The notes beneath the pieces are model-generated. The model made no database searches, was not told where the DNA came from, and saw only the letters and a list, made by a program, of their open reading frames with translations. Below are positions 24,205 to 36,164 of a stretch of 64,000 nt of DNA, one piece after another. The stretch spans positions 81,470,001 to 81,534,000 of the forward strand of contig CM052817.1 of the NCBI GenBank assembly GCA_028534125.1. The letters are read 5' to 3'. The position numbers and the translations under genes were made by a program. Source of the DNA: Lama glama (lineage: Eukaryota). Numbering within the stretch: the first letter of the stretch is position 1; each line of letters opens with the position of its first letter.

Positions 24205-24879
24205 GGGTTAATCCTCGAATTACATCAATACAAAAGTAAGGATTTATGTCTCAATGCCAACATTATTTTAGCCAATACTCTTACTCTTATTGAGTCAGGC
24301 AATTAGGTTTCTTACTGCTCCAAAGTATTTTTATCTCCCTACTAGAATATCATTGTGTGTCCAAATCAATAATTGTATACTCCAAAAAACTCCATAATTA
24401 GAGTTTCTGATGTTCTTTTATGTGCATCACTTTAGCTAATATTTACTTCAGCTCTGATAATAGGCATCACAATTGTACTTTCAGATGGGCAAGGGCGATT
24501 TCCAGTGCCACAGAGCTGGAAGTAATGAAGATGTGCCATCTGAATCAAGGCTCTGAGCAAGATGTGTTTCTGATCTACTGAGTTTTCTATTCTCAGCTAT
24601 GACTTTCCAGAGTAATTTAGCTTTTTGTTAAGTCTTGGGTATTGATAATGGAGCGCTACCCTGTAATTCTCAGGGTCTAAGACTAATGATATTCATGACA
24701 CTGGCCCTGGTGATGAGATGTGTACAGATACAGTTCTCATATCTGAAAACAGACAACATAAGCAAGTTTACTTATGCTACATCCTTTACTTGTGTGCTCT
24801 AAGAGAGATTTTTAGTAAGAGTCTTTCATTTATAAGATAATGTATTAGACTTGATTTTTTAAATTCCTAGCCAATAATA

Positions 24880-25045
24880 ATAAAGCATTAAGTGAACACC
24901 TTTTAAGTGCAAAGCATATGATAAATATTTTATAGAACTATTTTATCTTCATAACTATGCAGTAACTTAGATATTATTATTTTACCTATTTTAATGATAT
25001 GAAGACTAATATTTTTAAAACATAAATAATTTGCCAAAGAAAGTT
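24880..25045 (-). mobile_element. MIR split by the MER21-like LTR (resumes 25771-25825)
   Basis: 'tcttcataactatgc..attattattttacctattttaatgat..aaataatttgccaaag' and 'agttaataaatatcagaaccaagatttaaccctagatct'. Confidence 0.65.
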
Positions 25046-25770
25046 GCTTAGTACTTGGAGTAGCCAAACCTGGGGTTGAGGGCACAGTCCTCCAGACCAC
25101 CAAGTCTTCCCAAGACTTCTGATGCCAGCTGCAAGTAAGGCAGTTTCCTAAAACCACAGTCAGTTTCTACAATTTGCTACAAACACTCACAGAAATCACT
25201 AAAACCGACTACATAGCCCAGTTTACTACAAACAAAGGATACACATAAGGCAGATGCATAGGGTGCAATCTGGGACTAAGACGTGTCCAAATGTGAAGTT
25301 TCTGTGTCATTAGGGATGATTTTTCCTCCTGGCATCAATGTGTAGCAATACATGCATGGAATATTGCCAACCCAAGAAGCTCACTTGAACTTTGGTGTCT
25401 AGAGTTTTTATTGAAGCTTCATTATATAGACAGGATGGATTGAATCTTTGTCCAAATGGTTGAACTCAATATCCAGAAATTCTGAAGGTCAAGCTGATAC
25501 ACAGTGGTTCAAAGCCCCAACTCTCTAATCACATGGTTGTTTTTATTTTTGTTTGTTTGTTTGTTTTTTGGTGTGGCCAGCCCCCATCCTGAGACATCCA
25601 TGGGCATACACTTTTTAGGAGCCCTGCTCAATGAAAACTATCAGATGATGTGGTTCCTGGGGATCCACAATAAATAACAAAGACATTCCTATCACTCAGG
25701 AAATTCCAAGGATTTAGAGGCTGCCTTCCAGGAACCAGAGACAAAGGACAGCCACATTCTTTATTACACA
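25045..25770 (-). mobile_element. MER21-like ERVL LTR
   Basis: 'acttctgatgccagctgcaag', 'aaagccccaactctctaatcacatggttg', 'aataacaaagacattcctatcactcaggaaattccaaggatttagagg..ccaggaaccagagacaaag'. Confidence 0.88.
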
Positions 25771-27555
25771 CTCAGTTAATAAATATCAGAACCAAGATTT
25801 AACCCTAGATCTATTGGGCTCCATGTATTAGTATGTGCATTTTCTTCTCTTTTGCCCAGCAGAGTACCTGACCCAGAGTAAGTGCCCAATAAATCTTAAT
25901 TACATGAATAAACAAACCAGATTTTCTTTTCCTTCTACAGAGATAGGGTAAGATTTCATGGCAGTGACTGATACTCCCAAGGATGGATAATTTTGTCATG
26001 TATGAATGAAACTCTCAGAGGCAATTTTTAATTATGAAATCCATAAAATGAACTTTTGTCTTCCTGAAAACAGCTTGTTGTTGCTATATAGAATCACCAG
26101 GAGTTGGAGAGGCTGGGGGTGTATAACGCTTGTGACGTAAGTGATCACAGATTGAGACTGAGTATAAATTGGCTTAAGGCTATTCCTTGGTGTGATAATA
26201 TCATTTCTTATGAGACCTTATTCAGAAGAGTAATGCCTGAGTGTGATCATAGGAGATAAACTCTGCCATGTCTTTGAAAAAAGAGTACTTACATTTAAGT
26301 AAGATAAAAAATACATTATGAAAGACAAACTAAGACTCAGCCAGTTGGGGTTTGTGAGTGTGAATGCAATGGAGAAATGTGAGTGAGGGAAACATTTTGG
26401 CAAGGGAAAAGGGGATTTTTTAAAATCACCAAATTCAAATCTATCTTAAAAGTCCCTATATGTTGCTTAAAACAAAGGTTCTGATCCAATTTAATTAAAT
26501 AACCTCTGTTAAATCCTTAGTCAAAAGCAGATTATGGGAAAGCATATATGTCTTTTATCTTCTCTCTGCTTCACCTATTGGCCTTTCCATTTTTTCTTCC
26601 CCCTGGATATTACACCATCAAAATGGATTGAACGGAAACAAAACCTAACCTGTAATTCAAAGTGGATGCCTCATTTGAAGGTAATGGCTACAAAAGAAGA
26701 AAGATGATTGGAATAACCTTTTCGTGTGATACATTCGTAGAAAATTTTCTGTATAATCACTAACATGGGAAATTAGAGAGATCATATCTCTTTATGTGTG
26801 CTCCCAGAATTCTAATAGTTACGGCTTTTTATTTCTTATTGTATTGAAATTACCTTATTTATGACTTTGCATCTCAGAATATATCTAAACATAAGGCTGT
26901 GCTATGGCTATTTTATTCATTTTTGTCTACAACAAAGACTTGAAGTTGGAAATGTTGTGGTTACTGAACCACATGTCTCACACATCTCAGGTAATAGTAC
27001 ATTAACTTAGTACTGCTTTCACTGAAACAAAATATAGCAATAGTATATTATTAGGATGGAGTGAACTTATAATGTCCAAATAGTGTCACATTCACTTAAA
27101 AATCTCATGTAAAGAGAGAATTCAAAGGGCCACATTTATATGTGCAACAACTGGAGCTTTTAGGTCCTTGAAAATGCTAACGAGAAGGAAATAGAGTAAG
27201 ATAGATTCATATATTATTTTAGCCAAAATGAAGAATCTGTTTTTCTTTAACATTCAATATATAGCTTAATGTCTGCATCTGTTAGCAGATAAAACCTGTC
27301 GGCATGCGTTTTTCTCAAACTTCTTTCCTGTATTTCCAGGAACCACGTATCAACTCAGGACTGAATCCTCAGTCCTGGCTTCCTGAAATGTCCTGCTAGC
27401 TATTGTCTTAGACACACCTACCTTCTTCTGTGCCACTGAAATGGCTTTATAAGTTGGCCTGTATTAAAAAAAAAATCTTCAGTATCATCTCATTCTACAA
27501 GTAATTGATCTTAGAAATATTCACATCTCTCAATCTAGAAATTATTTAATAAATA

Positions 27556-28399
27556 CAGCAGTCTCCCCTTATCCACAAGGCATACGCTCTAAAACCCCAG
27601 TGGATGCCTGAAAATGCAGTTAGCACTGAACCCTAGACACACTGTTTTATCCTACACAGACATACCTATGCTAAAGCTTAATTTATAAGTTAGGTGCACT
27701 AAGAGATTAAGAGCAATAACCGATAATAAAGTAGAAAAATTTTAACAATACATTGTAATAAAAGTTTTGTGAATGTGTGTCTCTTGTATGTACTCTCAAT
27801 GTATCTTATGGTACATCTTATTTAACATCTTTCCATCTTTTCCATCTTAACTAAGCACTTGTGCACTGTAACATTTGTAGTTTGAGATGTGACAGCAAAA
27901 CGAGCACACATTTCTTTTTCTTTCTTCACAATTTCACAGAGAGAAAAATTGTTCGTACTGTAGACCTTAGCAACCTCAACATAGGATTTTTTTTTCCTTT
28001 CCTTATTAGATAGAGAATTTCTACCTTTTCACTTAAAGGGAGCACTTTATGGCTTCTCTTTTGCATATCTGAACTGCCAACATCACTATTTTTGCAAGTT
28101 GGGCCATTATTAAGTAAAATAAGGATGATAAGCATTGTGCTACCTGGATGGTCGATCTGATAACTGAGATGGTTATTAAGCGAAGAGTGGGTGGGATGCT
28201 CTAGACAAAGGATGATTCACGTCCCAGGAAGGATGAATGGGATGGTGCAAGATTTCATCATACCACTCAGGATGACACAGTGTTTAAAACATATGAAATG
28301 CTGACTTCTGGAGTTTTCCATTTAATATTTTCAGATTGTGGTTGACCAAGGGTAACTGAAACCTTGGAGAGTGAAACTGCAGGTAAGAGAGAAGTACTA
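27556..28399 (-). mobile_element. MER44/Tigger7-family DNA transposon with transposase N-terminal remnant
   Basis: TA-flanked TIRs CAGCAGTCTCCCCTTATCCAC / GCAGGTAAGAGAGAAGTACTA; ORF 27926-28135 (-) 'SDVGSSDMQKRSHKVLPLSEKVEILYLIRKGKK' resembles a pogo/Tigger HTH N-terminus. Confidence 0.92.
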
Positions 28400-28735
28400 T
28401 AGTAAGAAAAATATAGCTAGTTGTAAAATTATCTTAACCATTCCTCAAAGTCTTATTAACTGATGCATCTTGCAATGTTTCAGACAACTGCTCCCACAGT
28501 CAGTCACAGGTGCTTGCTGCATTGTGCCAGGCATTCAGAGGACAACTAAAGGTCTGTTCCCTGACTGTAAAGAGCTTGCAAGGTTTATTCTGTTAAAGTG
28601 TATCTGTCTTTAATCTGAATCCAAATATGAAAAGGTAAATTCTCACTGGGAATGATGTACAATTTGGCATCTAGGGTAGGTAAAGGCACAGACAAGTATT
28701 GGAGGGAGGTGTGTTTTAGCAACTAGGAATATGCA

Positions 28736-28890
28736 TATAAGAGAGAAAAAATACCTTTTCCTGTACCCAGTTTAGGTTCTTTGGTTAGGACCTTGTAAAT
28801 TAGACTGTCTGCAGCCGCTGGTGCCTAATGGCCTTTAGCTCAGAAAATCTAGTTGCCAAACAGGCATGTTTGGGGATAACATATTCTGGT
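28736..28890 (-). mobile_element. Internally deleted MER34-like ERV1 LTR (termini only)
   Basis: Both ends resemble the reverse complement of the ends of the LTR at 30140-30834. Confidence 0.65.
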
Positions 28891-30139
28891 AGAGTTGATC
28901 CCTACTTTGCAATGAAGGGTCATAACTTTGACCCAAACACAATTGGCCAGTTAGAGTTCAATTCACCTTTTTTTCACTTTTATTTTCATGAGAGGTAAAG
29001 GCTTTTTTATCTCAATTTCATTTTACTTATGTGTTGTATCCATTAAATTTATCTGAATCACTTGAAAGTGAATAGAGAAATTCTGATTCTGTATAGCTAA
29101 TTGCATATACCTAACTGCAGCTGAATATTTAGCTAAAATGACTAATGATACTAAATAAATGTATGTGACAAAGAGAAAGGAAAGTGAATATTTGAGAGTT
29201 TCTGTTGCAATATTGCAAGTTTATCTTATGTGAAATATTCAGAGCAGCCTCGGTGCTTAGAGAGTACTGGCAAAAACCACATAAATAAAAACAAAATCAA
29301 TAAATTACATTTAGATCATCACAGAGAAGAATGACACTTCGGAAGTGGCTATTACTGCAGTTTTTACCCGTGATCTTACCAGTAGGAGTAATGAGATTGA
29401 TGAATATTGCTACTGAGACAAGGTATAATTTTTGTCTTATTAAATGCGTATTCTAAATGTTCATCAGACCGTACTAAGTTTGTTCCCTGGTGTTCCTGCT
29501 ATAGTGATTTTTTTCCCCATTATTTTTCTGTTGCTAAGAATACACATTGTGTAACTACGGTCTCTTTGTGACCTCGGACTGTTAGTGCCAATTATAATTT
29601 AAATAGCCCAGGCAAAGAAAATTTAAATTTGAACCAGTAAATAGCTGTCATCAACACATTGCTGAAACAAAGTCTTTTAGGGGCCCAAAGGAGGTGTGTT
29701 AACATTCAGACTCAGCAGGCTAAGAATGAAAGTAGCTGAATTTAAAATAACATTTTTTTCTTTTAGTAATCTTGATAAATGTACTTCTAAGTAATATAAT
29801 TGGGTTTTGATTAATAAAAAAAAAGTTATCCCTAGCATGGAATAAATTCAGGTAGAGAAATAAGAGATTTAAAATTGTAGTAGTCAAAGAACGAGAATAA
29901 TTTTCCTACGTTTCAACAAAGCTCAAGTCCTTTATCTATCTATTAAAATAAGCAAATGCTGCTTTTACCGGTAAAAAGGATGCTTTGATTCTCTCAATAG
30001 AAATGCTTTTCCCATTGTTTGTCTGGTAGGGGTGATGAATTTACATTAAGCATCCCCAGTATCAACTCATTTCCTTCATCTTAAAGAGCACTGGCTTTGG
30101 GGAAAATCTGCTCCTAAATAAGGGAGAGCATCAAGGGTC

Positions 30140-30834
30140 TGATGAGGACTAGAATATGCCCCCCCCAAATATGCCACTTTGGCATAAGCATTATGTTGAA
30201 CTAAACATCGGTTCTCTTTTGTGTGTGTCTGGAGCGGGGGTGATTAGATTTTTTTTTTTTTTGAGGAGGTACGGGGGATTGAACTTGGGACCTTGTGCAT
30301 GCTGCATGCACTCTACCACTTGAGCTATATCCTCCACCCTCTACATTGAACTAAAGATCATTGAAAACCACAGGTGCAAGGAAAGCTCTTTACCACCCCA
30401 CTAACTGCCTACAAAAAGGCATACATTTCCTCTTTTGTAAAGAAAATTTACATTAATAACATAAATTTCCATTTGTAAATCTGGCTCTGTACCAGGAAGA
30501 GAGCTATTTCTGCAGACAATCCTGACCACCAGAGACTCTTACCTGCCTAAGAAGACAACTCTTATTTGCCACAGTTTCCTCCCCTCCCCTCCCCATAGCT
30601 TGCCTCCCCCACCCAGAAGCCCAAAACCCTTTTCCTTTGTGTAGCCTAAAATATTCTACAAGTCTCAATCATCTGCCCTCCTCCATCAGTCTTCTTTCTT
30701 TTGGAAACTCCCACGCGTATACACAGAGTTACAAGTTTTCTTCTCCTGTCAGTCTCTCTTTTATCAGTTTGATTGTCAGCTCTCAGCCATTGAATCTAAG
30801 AGGGTAGAGGGAAAAAAGTTTAACCTCTGCTACA
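30140..30834 (+). mobile_element. MER34-like ERV1 solo LTR containing a Vic-1 insertion
   Basis: TG...CA; 'agaatatgcccccccc aaatatgccactttggcataag', 'ttttcttctcctgtcagtct', ends 'agagggtagagggaaaaaagtttaacctctgctaca'. Confidence 0.88.
30210..30340 (-). mobile_element. Vic-1 SINE with degenerate ~19-bp TSD
   Basis: 'gggattgaacttgggaccttgtgcatgc..actctaccacttgagctata'; TSD ttatgTTGAACTAAAcatc / ctacaTTGAACTAAAgatc (30191-209 / 30341-359). Confidence 0.9.
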
Positions 30835-31031
30835 AGTTCAAAGGGCCCAAGGTACATTAAAAAGGTGGCCCCTAGAAATTGTCAGGAAGGAGGAAAGGAA
30901 TTCATAAAAAAGAAACTCTAGGGTATTCAAGATTGAACAAGTCTCCAGTAGGCATATCAGGGAAGGACATAAGAGACAAAAAAGCATGTTATAGTGGCAT
31001 GAAATCATGGAAGTGCATTCTGTGTTTAACC

Positions 31032-31481
31032 TGTTAAAGAGGAAAACCACGGGCCCAAACCGGCATCACTTGTGCTAAAAGCCCATGATACCAAATCGGA
31101 TTTAACAGCTAACCTAATTGCAGCTTTGACCTTCCTCAGAAATGTAATATTAACCATTTTGGAGTTTTCTGCTCAGCACTGATGTGGTAATCGGTCACAT
31201 GAGCTCTCTTCATCCCAGAGGGTGAAGATGCCATCTGCATGATTAAACTCCTGCCGGGCCTCCCTCCCCAGTCAGAAGATGCCCTGGCCTGAAAATGATC
31301 CTTTCTTTTCATTTGCTAATAGATCCCTTACCCCGCCCGTCTTCCTATAAAAATCTTGTATTTTGTATAACCCCTAAGAGCACGCTTCTAGTTGCTGGAT
31401 GGGATATTGCCTGATTCACAAATCATTCAATAAAACCAGTTGGATCTTCAAATTTACTCAGTTGAATTTTGTTTCTTAACA
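31032..31481 (+). mobile_element. ERV1-type solo LTR with retained TATA box and polyA signal
   Basis: TGTTAAAG...CTTAACA inverted termini; CCTATAAAA at ~31345; AATAAA at ~31429. Confidence 0.85.
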
Positions 31482-31944
31482 AAAGAAAGTTGGCTGTAGT
31501 TGAGGGTCTCTGGGATGGAGGGTGCTGGGAAAGCAGTACAGACTTTTTAAGGTTATACTTGCTCATACAGCATCAGGAAGATAGTAAGCTCTTTCAACCA
31601 AGTTACGTAAGTGATTATATGATACGTTTCTAAAACTCTATTTTATGGCTTTATTATTTTATTAAAGTTACATATATAAATGCTTTTAAATGGCAATATT
31701 TCTATAAAGCTTTTGGTAATAAACAAGTTTTTCTTTGTTCCATTGTTCTCCACTCTTCCTTTCCCCTCCCCTCCCTACAATTCTCTGGAAGTAACCCTGG
31801 AGGTAACCATCTTCAACTCTCAACTGTTTCTTCTTGTATTTGCTGTATGCTCTAAATTCCTAGTAATGTGATTATGTTCATTTTAAAAATTAGTTTTATG
31901 TATTAACTTTTGATTTTCACTATAGAAGATGAAAATTTAATAGT

Positions 31945-32271
31945 TGTCTTAATTTGTTCAGTCTGTTATAACAAAACACCACAGACTGGGTGGCTTATAA
32001 GCAATTAACATTTATTTCTCACAGTTCTGGGGGTTGGAAGTCCAAGATTAGGGCATCAGCATGGTCCAGCAAGGGTCCTCTTCTAGGTCCCCATTTCCTG
32101 TTGTATCCTCACTTTGCAGAAGGGGCAAGGAAGCTCTCTCAGACCTTTTTTCATAAGGGCACTAATAACCCTACTCATCTCCTCAATACCCCATCTACTA
32201 AGATGATTACGTTAGGCACTAGGATTTCAACACATGAATTTGGGGGTGACACAAATGTTCAGACTATAGCA
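31945..32271 (-). mobile_element. MLT1A-like MaLR solo LTR inserted in an old antisense L1 (~31640-32680)
   Basis: 'acagactgggtggcttata..catttatttctcacagttctgg..gaagtccaagat', ends 'ttcagactatagca'; 5-bp TSD ATAGT/ATAGC. Confidence 0.92.
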
Positions 32272-32684
32272 ATAGCCTTGCAACTACTTCCCTCACATGC
32301 CTTCTGCCAATTGTCCTTTCTCATATCTCAGTACGGTTGTTTCATTATTTTTTATTATTGATTTAATACATTTATTATTAGGCCTATGGTTCAATGCTGA
32401 GCTATGTAATGACTATTTTTGTATTCCTGTACAAATTTTTGCTTTTCCTTGAATTTATAATAATCAATTTTTGCTTTTTTACTTTCTTGTTTTCTTTATA
32501 TCTGAATTATCGCAAACATTTTCTCAAAAATTGACAGTTTCTCAATTTGTTCAAATAAATCAAGTCATCTATAAACTTCTCCCTCAAACTTTACAATTTT
32601 TCTTTATGTATATAAATGTCATATCTCCTCTGGAACTCTCTAACTTCAAATGCCCATTTGATCAATCTCTATTCCTTTCTTAAT

Positions 32685-32960
32685 GAATTCAATCAACACA
32701 ATGCATTTCTACTGTGAATTAGACACAGTGCTAAATTTTGGTGGTAAAAAGTGAACAAGGTAGACAGGAACCCTGACTTCATAGAGCTTATAGTTCAGCG
32801 AAGAAAGAAGTGTTAAGAATAAACAATAAATTGTTAATTTAAAATGTCACAGGCCAAGTACCATGAAGCCAAAAACAGGGGCAAACATAGACAGAATAAC
32901 AAAGGTGGGGAGTGAGGACTTATTTTATGTAGGGTGGTCAGGCAAGGTCTTTCCAGATAT
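32685..32960 (-). mobile_element. L2 3' fragment
   Basis: 'gacacagtgctaaa..gtgaacaaggtagacagg..ccctgacttcatagagcttatagttc..agggtggtcaggcaaggtct'. Confidence 0.75.
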
Positions 32961-33018
32961 ATCATTTATCATCATTTCTTTATAGGTGAGAGAAATGAAG
33001 TTCTGATGGGGTGAGTGA

Positions 33019-33634
33019 TGAGAACTGAAACCAACATTTATAAGGAAACCAATGGATATACTTTCCCTCTTCCTATTATAAGCTATACCAGGAATATATT
33101 TTCCTTTCTCATGTTAACAATACTGACACCAAGAAAAGATAATGCACACACTTACTCCAGGAGGTACCTACTCCTAGAAGAAAAAACTACAAACCAACTA
33201 GAGATTTTACTTATCAAGATGTCATCTTTCTTTTAATTAATTAATTAATTAATTGGGGGGTAATTAGGTTTACTTATTTATTTACTTTTTGGAAGAGATA
33301 CTGGGGATTGATCCCAGGACCTCGTGCATGCTAAGCATGTACTCTACCACTTAAGCTATATCCTCCCCCCTATGATGTCATCTTTCTTATCAGAATTGCT
33401 TAAAATATGCTTGCTTCCTGTGCCACCAATCCAAAGCTATTAAATTATAAAATGTACACAAGCTCAACCAGTTCTCTCCTTGTAAGGCTCACCTTAACAT
33501 CACCAAGGCTATGTCCTAATTTTCCATATTAAGACCTTCTAAGGGACTGTCACCATGGTCCCCTCTCCCCATGACAAGGTAAGGACAACGACCTTTCCTT
33601 TGCTGGTGGTCTTTTGAGGAGCCAACAGTTGACA
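33019..33634 (+). mobile_element. MER110/MER90-like ERV1 solo LTR containing a Vic-1 insertion
   Basis: TGAGAACTGAAACC...GGTGGTCTTTTGAGGAGCCAACAGTTGACA; perfect 4-bp TSD GTGA (33015-18, 33635-38). Confidence 0.8.
33233..33373 (-). mobile_element. Vic-1 SINE with perfect 15-bp TSD
   Basis: 'ggggattgatcccaggacctcgtgcatgctaagcatgtactctaccacttaagctata'; TSD GATGTCATCTTTCTT (33218-32, 33374-88). Confidence 0.95.
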
Positions 33635-34057
33635 GTGACAGGCTGATAATCAGAGTAATAGTGTGTGGAGAACCCAATCTCTAACCTAGCAATATGAGTC
33701 GACAGTCTTTAAATCTACTCTCAAATTCAGCCTCAACCCAAATTTGCACTTTACTACCCTAGTGTCATATTTTTCTCCCACCTCTTAAGAAAGCAATGAT
33801 CCTCTAAAACCAGCTTCCTTCTTGGCTCATGGCTCAGTCTTTTCCCAGTTCCTGAGTAGACTTCTCTTTGATTCTAGCACTTTCAGCTACCTAATTGGAG
33901 CTAATTTTAATATTCAAAGAAGTGTTTCAAAAACAGAGACTCTTTAAACTCTTGTTTAAAACTGTGTGTAGTAAAATTTCATAAGATGAAATTCAAATTT
34001 TATAGCCTGGCAATTGTAACATCTATAACTTCTTAAAAATGAAACTTTTCTATGGCT

Positions 34058-34376
34058 TTGACATACTGAAATTTCTATAAGGCCACTCAGGGTTTATAGA
34101 TAAATAAAACCTGTTGAGTGTAATGAAAGTCGGTGGGAACTGTGGGCAACTGCAGAGTGAATGTTCTGTCTAATCTGCTTAGTTTCCACAGATTTTTATC
34201 ATGTGGGAATTAGGGCCAATTTTGTCAGATACTTTTAGACAGAGATTGTCTAGGTGAAGTCTCTCTCTCTCTCTTTTGTTTTTTTTAGAGATGTGGGCAA
34301 CTAGCAAATATTTGAAAACTACTCTGCTTGCCAAACAAAACCAAAGGTAGGACTCAGCCTCCAGTTGCAACGTCTG
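34058..34376 (+). mobile_element. MER102 (hAT-Charlie)
   Basis: 'ggtgggaactgtgggcaactgcagagtg', 'catgtgggaattagggccaattttgtcagat', 'ccagttgcaacgtctg'. Confidence 0.7.
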
Positions 34377-35684
34377 TCTGCTCAAAACTGATTTGTTGAC
34401 TCTGCCCCAGGTAACTCTTCATTACTGATTCCTTAGCCTTTCTCATGACGTTTATTTAACTTTAATTACTTCTTCCTCTGTACCTACTCAAATATGCCAT
34501 TTTTCAAGTTCTAGGTCAATTTTCACCTCCTCTCTCCTATCTCTCCTGCTGCAATATCAGCCTCCACTGGGATAACACATATTTATTACCAGATGATCTA
34601 ATTTATGACTTTATCATATACTACCTTTAATTTTACTGTTAGTTCTGATAAGATTTCTTATCAAAGATGAACCTTTTTTTGTGGAAAAGACCCTAGGAAA
34701 TTTTCAGTCCAGCTCCCATTATGTAGAGACTTGGAGAGGATCCCCTAACTTCATATCGCTAGTTGATTACAGATTTCCAGAGGCTTTTTTAATTGCCTTG
34801 AATATAGTAGGTGTTGGATACACACAAAATGACTGACTAAAAAAATGTCTATCATTGTAATAAATGCCTTCTTTAGACTTTGTTGCTATTTCTTAACATT
34901 TAAATGCAAAATTCTAGATTCAACAATGAAACCATGTTTTATAGTGTTATCTATAGATTATATCCTTCTAAAAAAGAGTTATGTTTTTATTTCTCAAAAA
35001 AAATCTAAAACAATGGTTTGTTTTTATAATCCGTGTTAAGCAGAGGAAAATGAGTGTGCAAACTGCTTTTTTGAAATAAACTGTAGCTGCACCTCTATTT
35101 AGATTTAGAGACAGTTTTAACTGAATTAACCATTTTTCCTTCAGAATTTTGAAGTTGTTTACCCATTCAAAACATTGGTATTTTTTCCCAGGTGACTATT
35201 TCTAATGATAGGTGTTACTTTTTAAATTATGAAATATCTCTAATTCATAGGAAAATATTAAAATCATATCACCTATGCCCATATAATCACCACTCAGGTC
35301 TAACATAAATGGAGATTTTGCAATATTTGCTCCAATCTGAAAAATTTAAGGAGACATTGTCATCCTGACCAAGACTAGCCTATTAAAACATATATTACAA
35401 TTACCAGGGAAGTACTTGTCATAATGTTTAGTAGAAGAGAATGGACTGAAATAAATGATTAGACTGCAGACAAACACAGCATTATAGGACTCTACATCCT
35501 TTAAAATCTGAATCTGATTTTTTAAAATATCAAATAGAAATCCATCAGCTCATGGCACATTATCATCTTTTTTTTTTGCAGATCCCTTTTATTTAATGGT
35601 TATATTCCCTTTTATTTCCATGTCATACTCCCATTTCTCTACCTCTGTGAGCAACAATGACTGAATAAAGATGATTATAAATAC

Positions 35685-36162
35685 TGTGGCACGTCTCCCA
35701 TCAAAAGATGGGGTCTCCTTCTCCTTACCTGGTCCAAGACCAACTATGTGATCCCAACTAAGTGACTGCAACTATGACGAAAGTGATGCAACACAAACTC
35801 CTGGACTAGCTTTAAGAGTACTAGCAGCATCCATCTTGCTCTTATGATCCGTCTGCCTTGCTGGAGAAACCAAGTAGAGAGGCCTGAGTGTACAATTGAA
35901 CAGGAGAGCATCCCAGTGGAGACACACCTTCTGGTGTCTCGGCCAAGATGTTGAAAATGTGAAAGGATAGGTCTTGGCCCTAGAGACCAACTCAGCTACT
36001 AATATAATACTTCTAACACCTTCCATGTGTAAGAAGTAGGCACAGGGGTCACCTACTCAAGCCGTAGCTGAGCTTCTGACTCAGATTTGTGAGCAAAATG
36101 AGGAATTGTTGTTGATTAAATTTTAGAGCAGTTTTGTTACTCAGCAAAAGACAGCTGAAACA
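35685..36162 (+). mobile_element. MaLR solo LTR (MLT1G/H-like)
   Basis: 'tgtggcacgtctcccatcaaaagatggggtct', ends 'ttttgttactcagcaaaagacagctgaaaca'. Confidence 0.8.
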
Positions 36163-36164
36163 AC

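Noticed and set aside
27926..28135. Domesticated Tigger (TIGD-like) gene
   Set aside because: Only a frameshifted N-terminal HTH remnant inside a non-autonomous MER44-type element; no DDE domain.
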